From an uncultured Pelagibacteraceae bacterium (GTDB lineage: Bacteria; Pseudomonadota; Alphaproteobacteria; Pelagibacterales; Pelagibacteraceae), in NCBI GenBank assembly GCA_902604785.1, contig CACLAC010000004.1, forward strand, positions 1,526 to 65,525: 64,000 bases of DNA, given 5' to 3'. Below the pieces are notes generated by a model that ran no database searches, was not told the origin of the DNA, and saw only the letters and a program-made list of their open reading frames with translations. The first letter of the stretch is position 1. Each line of letters opens with the position of its first letter. This document shows positions 56,669 to 64,000 of this stretch, piece after piece. The translations under genes and the position numbers were made by a program.

Positions 56669-59045
56669 GTTTTTATTTTATATATTTTGTATATTTGTAT
56701 TATTTGAGAAAAATGTATTAGCAGATGAAATAAATATTGATTCTTCAGAAATTAAAGTCATTGATGAAGGTAATATTATCAACGCTTTAAATATTAAAGC
56801 TAGTATTCCAAATAAAAAAATTGAAATAGAAGGTGATAAATCAATTTATGATAAAAAAAAGAGTGAATTAACAATAATTGATAATGTTAAATTTTTTGAT
56901 GAATTAAAAAATGTTTATCTTGAAGGAAAAAAAGTAATTTATAACCAAATAACAGATATAGTTCAAACTTTTGGTGAAACTTATATTAAAATTGAAAGTA
57001 AATATGATGTTTACTCTCAGGATCTTGTTTATGACAGAAAATCTCAAAAAATTTATAGTAATAAAGAAACAACCATAAAAGATAATAAAAAAAATGTTTT
57101 TAATTTAGAAGAAAATTTTGTTTTTGATATAAGAAAAGAAATTGTTTCTTCTGACAAAACTAACATAATAGATGGCTATAATAATGAATATAGTTTTGAA
57201 AAGGCAAAAATAAATCTAAAAAATAATGAAATAGTTGGAAAAGAAATTGAAATAAATTTCATGGACTCTTATTTTGGGAATCCAAATAATCAACCTGTGT
57301 TAAAAGGTAAAGCTACAACTTCTGACGAATATAAAACAAAAATTTATAAAGTAGCATTTACAACTTGCAACACTGAAAATAAAAAGTGTCCAGCTTGGGA
57401 ATTGCAATCTAAAGAATTTGTACATGATAAAGAAAAAAAAGTATTTGAATATAAAAACTCTTGGCTTAAACTTTTTGACCAAAAAATATTTTATTTTCCA
57501 TTTTTTAGTCACCCAGACCCAACTGTAAAAAGAAAATCAGGTTTTTTACCTCCTATTTATGGAAGTTCATCGGAAAACGGTAGTTGGGTAAATATTCCAT
57601 ATTTTAAGGTAATAAATGAGGAAAAAGATATAACATTTAATCCTAGAATATATGCAGATGACAAATTTATATTCCAGTCTGAATATAGACAGGCATTTGA
57701 AAATTCAAATTTAATATCTGATTTTAGTGTTAATAATGATGGTAAAAATACTAATTCACACTTATTTGCAAAATTAGATGGTGATATAAATTCTTCAACT
57801 AAATTTAATTTTAAATTTCAAGATGTTTCGAATGATGATTACTTAAAAATTCATAATCTTTCTAACTCAACACATTTAATTGAAAATGAAAGTTTACTAA
57901 CCACTCAATTAGATATAGCAAAAAATATTGACGAAAATACAAATTTAGATACTAGTTTTACTGTTTTTGAAGACTTATCAAAAAAAGACAGTGACAGATT
58001 TCAATACGTATTACCAAGTTTTACTTTTTCAAAAAATTTAATGACTCCAGAAAATTATAATGGAAATTTTAGTTTTATATCAAGTGGTTTCCAAAAAAAT
58101 TACGATACAAATATATATGAGAGTTTATTAATTAATGATTTTTTGTTTGAGTCAAATAATATTATTTCTGAATCTGGACTGTTAAATAGTTATGACCTAT
58201 TAGTAAAAAATTTTAATTCCTATACTGAGAATTCATCTAGCTATACCGAAAAAGAAGATTATGAAGTCTTTGGTTCAGTATTGCTGAAAACTAGTTTTCC
58301 ATTAAAAAAAATTGGCGAATATTCTCAAGATTATTTAAAGCCAATTATAGCACTAAGATACAGTCCAAATAATACAAAAAATATATCAGATAATGATGTA
58401 AGATTGGATTATAACAATATCTTTTCTCTTAATAGAATTGGAACAAATGAAATTGTTGAGGGAGGTAAATCTATTTCGATAGGCTTTGAATATGAAAAAA
58501 TCGATTTAAAAGATAATAGAATTATAGGTTTTAATATTGCCAATTCAATAAGTGATGAAAGAAATGAAAATTTACCAACTAAATCAAGACTAAACGAAAC
58601 AAGAACTGATTTTGTTGGAAATTTATTTTATAGTCCAAATGACATTTTAGACTTTGACTATAATTTTTCATACGACAAAAATTTTGATGGATCTAATTAT
58701 GACTCAGTTTCAACAACAATAAATTTTAATAATTTCATAACTAATTTTAATTTTCTCTCAGAAGATGGAAATATAGGCAGTAATGAAGTAATTTCTAATT
58801 CTACTACATACAGATTCAATACTGAAAATAGTTTAAAATTTAAAACAAGCAAAGATTTAAAAAATGATTTTACAGAATACTATAATTTAATTTATACTTA
58901 TGAATCTGATTGTTTAAGTGCTTCAGCCGAATTTGGTAAGAAATTTTATAGGGATGGAAGTTTAGTGCCAGATAAGAGTCTTCTGTTTACAATTAGATTT
59001 ATACCTTTTGCAGAATTAAAACCTGCTGCAACTTCATTAAATTAG
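56658..59045 (+). CDS. lptD: LPS assembly protein LptD
   Basis: FTTC.....CP.W, HPDPTVKRKSGFL.P and Y..DCL motifs. Confidence 0.92.
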   Translation: MNYKFLFYIFCIFVLFEKNVLADEINIDSSEIKVIDEGNIINALNIKASIPNKKIEIEGDKSIYDKKKSELTIIDNVKFFDELKNVYLEGKKVIYNQITDIVQTFGETYIKIESKYDVYSQDLVYDRKSQKIYSNKETTIKDNKKNVFNLEENFVFDIRKEIVSSDKTNIIDGYNNEYSFEKAKINLKNNEIVGKEIEINFMDSYFGNPNNQPVLKGKATTSDEYKTKIYKVAFTTCNTENKKCPAWELQSKEFVHDKEKKVFEYKNSWLKLFDQKIFYFPFFSHPDPTVKRKSGFLPPIYGSSSENGSWVNIPYFKVINEEKDITFNPRIYADDKFIFQSEYRQAFENSNLISDFSVNNDGKNTNSHLFAKLDGDINSSTKFNFKFQDVSNDDYLKIHNLSNSTHLIENESLLTTQLDIAKNIDENTNLDTSFTVFEDLSKKDSDRFQYVLPSFTFSKNLMTPENYNGNFSFISSGFQKNYDTNIYESLLINDFLFESNNIISESGLLNSYDLLVKNFNSYTENSSSYTEKEDYEVFGSVLLKTSFPLKKIGEYSQDYLKPIIALRYSPNNTKNISDNDVRLDYNNIFSLNRIGTNEIVEGGKSISIGFEYEKIDLKDNRIIGFNIANSISDERNENLPTKSRLNETRTDFVGNLFYSPNDILDFDYNFSYDKNFDGSNYDSVSTTINFNNFITNFNFLSEDGNIGSNEVISNSTTYRFNTENSLKFKTSKDLKNDFTEYYNLIYTYESDCLSASAEFGKKFYRDGSLVPDKSLLFTIRFIPFAELKPAATSLN

Positions 59046-59048
59046 CAA

Positions 59049-59969
59049 ATGTTTGTAAAAAAAATATTTATATTTTTTATAATTTCTTTACTTTTTAACA
59101 ATTTTGCGAGATCTCAAGAAATAAATATTGTAAGTAAAATTGATAATAAAATAATAACAAATATAGATATTGAAGTTGAAAAACAATACTTATTGTTATT
59201 AAACGAAAAATTAAGCAATCTTAATGAAAAAGAATTTTTTAAACTTGCAAAGAATTCACTGATTAAAGAAAAAATAAAAAAGAAAGAAGTAGAAAAATCT
59301 TTTAAAAAAATTGATGAAAAAACAAAAAATAAAATTTTTCAAAATTTTTATAATAGATTTGGTTATAATAATAAAGATGAATTTATTTTAAATACAAAAA
59401 ATATAAAATTTGAGAATCTAAAAGAAAAATTAATAGTTGAAGCTTTTTGGAATCAATTAATTTTCATAAAATTTAAGAATAGAATAAGAATTGATGAAAA
59501 TTCAATAGAGAGAGATATAAAAAATTACTATAAATCCAAAGAGAAAAAATATGAATTTAATTTATCTGAAATCGAAATTGACTTTGAAAAAGATATTAAT
59601 TCAAAAAGAAAAGAAATTTTAAAATATATCAAAAAATTTGGATTCAAAGTGGCTGCAAATAAATATAGTAAATCTGATACATCAAAATATGGCGGTGAAA
59701 TTGGATGGATAAAAAGTTCGAGATTAACAAAAAAAATAGAAAAAAAATTATCCTTGATGAAAATTGATGAAATCTCAGAACCAATTCAAACTTCAAATGG
59801 ATATTTATTTTTAAAATTAAATAATAAAAGAGAAATTAAGGAAAAATTAAATTTAGAAAAAGAATTAAAACAACAAGTTAAATATGAAAAAAATAGACAG
59901 CTTAATCAATTTTCTTTGAATTATTATAAAAAATTAAAAAAAAATACCAATATTTATGAAAATAAATAA
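59049..59969 (+). CDS. surA: SurA-like periplasmic chaperone/PPIase
   Basis: IITNIDI, LSEI and A.KYS......GGEIGW motifs; between lptD and pdxA. Confidence 0.8.
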   Translation: MFVKKIFIFFIISLLFNNFARSQEINIVSKIDNKIITNIDIEVEKQYLLLLNEKLSNLNEKEFFKLAKNSLIKEKIKKKEVEKSFKKIDEKTKNKIFQNFYNRFGYNNKDEFILNTKNIKFENLKEKLIVEAFWNQLIFIKFKNRIRIDENSIERDIKNYYKSKEKKYEFNLSEIEIDFEKDINSKRKEILKYIKKFGFKVAANKYSKSDTSKYGGEIGWIKSSRLTKKIEKKLSLMKIDEISEPIQTSNGYLFLKLNNKREIKEKLNLEKELKQQVKYEKNRQLNQFSLNYYKKLKKNTNIYENK

Positions 59970-60918
59970 AATTTTAGTTGTATTGGGTGAACCTCAAAGT
60001 GTCTTTTCTGAAATATTATTTAAGTATTTTAATTCAAAAGAATTTTCAAAAAATAAAAAAAAAATAATTTTAATTGGCAGTAAGAATTTGCTTCAAAAGC
60101 AAATGAAGAAATTAAAATTTAATTTTAATTTAAGTACAATAAATCATTTAAATGATGCATGTATTAATAAATTAAATATTTTAAACGTACATTATATTAA
60201 TAAAAAAACTTTTTCTCAAATATCATCTAGTTCAGACAAATATATTTCAAAATGTTTTGAAATAGGATTAGAATTAATTAAAAAAAATAAAAAAATTGCT
60301 TTAATAAATGGTCCTATATCAAAGAAACATTTTTTAAAAAAAAAATATCTGGGATTAACAGAATATATCTCAAAAAAAACTAAATCTAAAAATCAGGTTA
60401 TGCTAATTTATAATGATAAATTATCTGTTTCTCCCATAACTACTCATCTTCCATTAAAACTTGTTGCTAAAAATATAACGAAGAAAAAAATTATTAATAA
60501 TATTAGTCAAATTAAAAAATTTTATAATAATTTTCTTTATAAAAAACCAAAAATTGCAATATTAGGTCTTAACCCTCATTGTGAAACTGTTGATAGTTTT
60601 AGTGAAGAAAAAAAAATAATAATTCCTGCAATTAATTATTTAAAAAAAATTAAAATAAATGTTGATGGACCTTTTTCAGCAGATACTTTTTTTTTAAAAA
60701 AAAATATTAATAAGTATGACGTAGTAATTGGAATGTATCATGATCAAGTTTTAACTCCTATAAAGACTTTATTTAATTTTAATGCAATTAATATAACTCT
60801 TGGTCTGCCATTTTTAAGAATTTCACCTGATCATGGACCCAATAACAAAATGATTGGTAAAAATCGTTCAGATCCTTCATCTATTTTTTGTGCTATGAGA
60901 TTTATTAAAAAAATTTAA
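59956..60918 (+). CDS. pdxA: 4-hydroxythreonine-4-phosphate dehydrogenase (divergent)
   Basis: TTHLPL, GLNPH, MYHDQ, TLGLPF.R.SPDHG; canonical surA-pdxA-rsmA synteny. Confidence 0.9.
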   Translation: MKINKILVVLGEPQSVFSEILFKYFNSKEFSKNKKKIILIGSKNLLQKQMKKLKFNFNLSTINHLNDACINKLNILNVHYINKKTFSQISSSSDKYISKCFEIGLELIKKNKKIALINGPISKKHFLKKKYLGLTEYISKKTKSKNQVMLIYNDKLSVSPITTHLPLKLVAKNITKKKIINNISQIKKFYNNFLYKKPKIAILGLNPHCETVDSFSEEKKIIIPAINYLKKIKINVDGPFSADTFFLKKNINKYDVVIGMYHDQVLTPIKTLFNFNAINITLGLPFLRISPDHGPNNKMIGKNRSDPSSIFCAMRFIKKI

Positions 60919-61709
60919 TGAAAATATATCCAAAAAAAAGTTTAGGTCAAAACTTTTTGGTTGATAATGAAATTTTAAATCAAATAGTTGATTTGGGCAA
61001 GATAAATTCAAATGATATAATTCTTGAAGTTGGTCCAGGAACAGGGAATCTAACAGAAAAAATTTTAAAAAAAAAACCAAAAAAAATTGTACTTGTTGAA
61101 AAAGATAATAATCTTGCTATTTTTTTAAAAAAAAAATTTAAAAATAGTGTTGAAATAATTAATGATGATATTCTTAATTATAATCAAAAAATTTATTATA
61201 ACAAAAAAATAATTGTTTTTGGAAATTTACCTTATAATATTTCAACTCAAATACTAACATCGTGGATAAAAATAAATAATTTAAATAATTTTTGTAAGAG
61301 ATTTATTTTAATGTTTCAAAAAGAAGTAGCAGATAGAATTATTGCTGATTGTAATTCTAAAAACTATGGAAGATTATCGATTATTTCTTCATGGAAAATG
61401 AAAATAGAAAAAATAATTGATATTAATCCTAGTAGTTTTTATCCTTCTCCAAAAATTAGAAGTACTTTATTAATTTTTAAACCGAAAAAAAATTATTTTA
61501 AAATTAATAATCCAAAAAATTTAGAGCATATTACTAATATTTTTTTCAACCAAAGAAGAAAAATGATAAAAAAACCCTTAAAATTTCTTTTTAAAAACTA
61601 TGAAAAAGTGTCGAAAGACCTTTCGCTTGATTTAAGTCTTAGGCCTCAAAATCTAAGCAATCTTACTTACTACAAAATTTGTGACTATTATGAAAATTTA
61701 CTTAAGTAG
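60918..61709 (+). CDS. rsmA: 16S rRNA dimethyltransferase
   Basis: KSLGQNFL, EVGPGTG, NLPYNIS, MFQKEVA and YGRLS motifs. Confidence 0.97.
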   Translation: MKIYPKKSLGQNFLVDNEILNQIVDLGKINSNDIILEVGPGTGNLTEKILKKKPKKIVLVEKDNNLAIFLKKKFKNSVEIINDDILNYNQKIYYNKKIIVFGNLPYNISTQILTSWIKINNLNNFCKRFILMFQKEVADRIIADCNSKNYGRLSIISSWKMKIEKIIDINPSSFYPSPKIRSTLLIFKPKKNYFKINNPKNLEHITNIFFNQRRKMIKKPLKFLFKNYEKVSKDLSLDLSLRPQNLSNLTYYKICDYYENLLK

Positions 61710-62330
61710 TTCTAAAACGTGTTTACTAATTTCTTTTTTATCATAATTCTCTAAAATATTATTTTTTCTTGAATTTATGTATTTAATTATTTTTTCATAG
61801 CACATATTAAAATCATCATTAATAACTACTAAATCATAGTTTTTCCAATGAACAACGTCCTTATCAAACTGTTTCATTCTTTCCATTGCATTTTTTTCAT
61901 CTTCAATATCTCTATTTAAAAGCCTATTGAACAATTCTTTTCTTGAAGGAGGGAGTATAAATATTGTTATTATTTTATACTGAAGTTTTTTTTCTTTTAT
62001 TTGTTCAGTTCCTTGCCAATCTATATCAAAAATTATATTTTGCCCTTTATCTAATTTTTCAAAAACAACATCTTTGGATGATCCATAATAATTGCTAAAT
62101 ACTTTTGCGTGTTCTAAAAATTTTTTTTTATGAATTAATTTTTCAAATTCTTCCTGATTAATAAAAAAATAATCAATACCATCAATTTCGTTAGCTCTTG
62201 GCTTTCTTGTAGTGTGAGAAATCGATATAGAATAATTATTTTTTAAAGAAATTTCTTTTACTAATGAAGTTTTTCCAGCGCCCGAGGGAGATGATAATAT
62301 TACTATTATCCCTTCGTTATTATCGGACAT
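61698..62330 (-). CDS. gmk: Guanylate kinase
   Basis: SPSGAGKT, SHTTRKPR..E.DG.DY and DIDWQG motifs. Confidence 0.97.
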   Translation of the reverse strand: MSDNNEGIIVILSSPSGAGKTSLVKEISLKNNYSISISHTTRKPRANEIDGIDYFFINQEEFEKLIHKKKFLEHAKVFSNYYGSSKDVVFEKLDKGQNIIFDIDWQGTEQIKEKKLQYKIITIFILPPSRKELFNRLLNRDIEDEKNAMERMKQFDKDVVHWKNYDLVVINDDFNMCYEKIIKYINSRKNNILENYDKKEISKHVLELLK

Positions 62331-62345
62331 TTTTTTGTTAAAATT

Positions 62346-62585
62346 TTAATTTGCTTTATTTTCAATAAATTTTACAGCATCACCTACAGTAAGAATTTTT
62401 TCTGCATCGCTATCTGAAATTTCAGAACCAAATTCTTCTTCGAAAGCCATTACTAATTCTACTGTGTCAAGGCTATCAGCTCCAAGATCATCGATAAAAC
62501 TAGAATCATCTGTAACTTTCGATTCATCGATGCCAAGGTGGTCTGCAACAATTTTTTTAACTTTACTTGAAGTATCATCTGACAT
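62346..62585 (-). CDS. acpP: Acyl carrier protein
   Basis: [20 protein letters not shown]; AGGA SD upstream. Confidence 0.99.
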   Translation of the reverse strand: MSDDTSSKVKKIVADHLGIDESKVTDDSSFIDDLGADSLDTVELVMAFEEEFGSEISDSDAEKILTVGDAVKFIENKAN

Positions 62586-62631
62586 TTTGTTCCTTTAGGT
62601 TAACTCGTTAATAAATATTTTATAAATTTTG

Positions 62632-63369
62632 TCAACTAAAATACATACCCCCATTTACATGTATTGTCTCACCAGTAATATAATCTGAAAGGTTTGAACA
62701 AAGGAAAAGAACTGTATTTGCTACATCTTTTGGATCTCCAAATCTATCAAGTGGGATTCTTGATTTCAATGTTTCTTTATAATCTTCTTGTATTTTGTTT
62801 GTCATCTCTGTTTTTATAAAACCTGGAGATACACAATTTACATTAATACTTTTTTTTCCATACTCTAATGCAAAGCTTTTCGACATAGCCACAATTCCAG
62901 CCTTTGATGCTGTATAGTTTGCCTGACCAATATTTCCTGTATGACCTACAACTGAAGTAATATTGATTATCTTTCCTTTTTTATTTTTTAACATTTTTTT
63001 TATTACATTTTTACTTAACAAAAAAGTTGAAGTAAGATTTATATCAATAACTCTTTTCCATTCTTCTTCTTTCATTCTAATAGATAAATTATCATTTGTT
63101 ACTCCTGCATTATTAATTAACACATCAATTTTATTTTCCATTTCTTCGTTTGACTTATTTATAAAATTTTCTATTTCTTTATGCTCAGAAATATCAAACT
63201 TTTTTACGATTACTGATTGAAAATTTTTTTTTATTGCATTTAATTTTTCTTCATTGGTACCCGTGGCTAATACATTGGCTCCTGCATTTACCAGATTTTC
63301 GAGAATAGAATTTCCAATGCCCCCAGTGGCGCCTGTTAAAATTATATTTTTATCTTTTAAATTCATCAT
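62632..63369 (-). CDS. fabG: 3-oxoacyl-ACP reductase
   Basis: TGATGGIG, NNAG, GQANYTASK and HVNGGM motifs; lies between fabD and acpP. Confidence 0.96.
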   Translation of the reverse strand: MMNLKDKNIILTGATGGIGNSILENLVNAGANVLATGTNEEKLNAIKKNFQSVIVKKFDISEHKEIENFINKSNEEMENKIDVLINNAGVTNDNLSIRMKEEEWKRVIDINLTSTFLLSKNVIKKMLKNKKGKIINITSVVGHTGNIGQANYTASKAGIVAMSKSFALEYGKKSINVNCVSPGFIKTEMTNKIQEDYKETLKSRIPLDRFGDPKDVANTVLFLCSNLSDYITGETIHVNGGMYFS

Positions 63370-63370
63370 T

Positions 63371-64000
63371 TTAAATTAATTTACTTATATCTTCTAAATC
63401 ATTAATTTGAATTAATTCAACATTACTATTAATTCTTTTTACTAGTCCAGACAAAACTTTTCCAGGTCCAATTTCAATAAATTTTTCAACTTTTGAATCT
63501 ATCATATTTATAACAATTTCTCTCCATCTTACAGGTTTTTCTATTTGTTCAATTAAAAGCTTTTTAATATCGCTTGGATCATTTACTGCTTTCGCAGTAA
63601 CATTTGAAATTATATCTATTTCAGGTTTTTTAAATTCTACTTTTGCTATTTCTGATCTCATCTTTTCGGTTGCACTCTTCATCAGTTCACAATGGAAAGG
63701 GGCACTTACTGGTAGTTTAACATTTTTTATTTTATTCTTTTTTAATTCTTCAACAAATTTATTTAATTCATTTATATTTCCGCTAACCACAACCTGGCCT
63801 ATAGAATTATCGTTAGCAACGTAACACTTAAATTTATCTTGATTATTTTCAATGATTTCATTTATTTTTTCGATTTCACAACCTAATACTGCTATCATGC
63901 CTCCTTGTCCTTTAGGCACAGCTGTTTGCATAAATCGTCCTCTGCTTTGTAAAAGCTTAATAGTTTGTTCAAAACTTAGGCTTCCAGAACATGCTAAGGC
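63371..64000 (-). CDS. fabD: Malonyl-CoA:ACP transacylase, 5'-truncated by window edge
   Basis: Frame open to base 64000; RGRFMQ.AVP, LPVSAPFH, PVRW and EIGPGKVL motifs. Confidence 0.96.
   Translation of the reverse strand, partial: ALACSGSLSFEQTIKLLQSRGRFMQTAVPKGQGGMIAVLGCEIEKINEIIENNQDKFKCYVANDNSIGQVVVSGNINELNKFVEELKKNKIKNVKLPVSAPFHCELMKSATEKMRSEIAKVEFKKPEIDIISNVTAKAVNDPSDIKKLLIEQIEKPVRWREIVINMIDSKVEKFIEIGPGKVLSGLVKRINSNVELIQINDLEDISKLI

Noticed and set aside
2496-63220. Dozens of 60-120 aa antisense or alternate-frame ORFs in the track (e.g. 3408-3737, 7509-7829, 23739-24035, 29242-29556, 34362-34721)
   Set aside because: They lie wholly or mostly within well-supported genes, have no motifs, and show shadow-ORF composition
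1-64000. tRNA, rRNA, CRISPR array, prophage, IS or defence system
   Set aside because: Intergenic gaps are all under 200 bp; no repeat-spacer array, cloverleaf, integrase, transposase or defence-type ORF was seen

Overview
Very AT-rich, extremely compact alphaproteobacterial chromosome segment. Gene content, gene order and near-zero intergenic spacing point to Pelagibacterales (SAR11); this is an inference. About 23-64 kb is core genome: glnA, iscR-sufBCDSU-sufT-sufA, anmK, tyrS, frameshifted prfB, PBP1A, RNase E, thiGS, aroQ-accBC, aspS, purMN, ndk, pepA, lptFGD-surA-pdxA-rsmA, gmk, acpP-fabG-fabD. About 3.8-22.3 kb is an accessory acid-sugar catabolic island with no regulator gene, in two modules. 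(i) A TRAP transporter with L-rhamnonate dehydratase, an LRA5-like SDR and an LRA6-like FAH hydrolase, co-transcribed with an unexplained amidase, a PhyH dioxygenase and a DHDPS-fold enzyme. (ii) A TTT transporter with an atypical PdxA-family protein, a LyxD-like dehydratase and a KGSA-dehydrogenase-like ALDH. Module (ii) resembles the lower half of the L-ascorbate/2-carboxy-L-lyxonate pathway, suggesting scavenging of vitamin-C breakdown products. Other notable items are an orphan NrdJ C-terminal domain with a new N-terminus and lost metal-binding motifs in RNase E, the ROK kinase and PdxA. I saw no tRNA, rRNA, CRISPR or mobile element. All family calls come from motif recognition by eye, not database searches.
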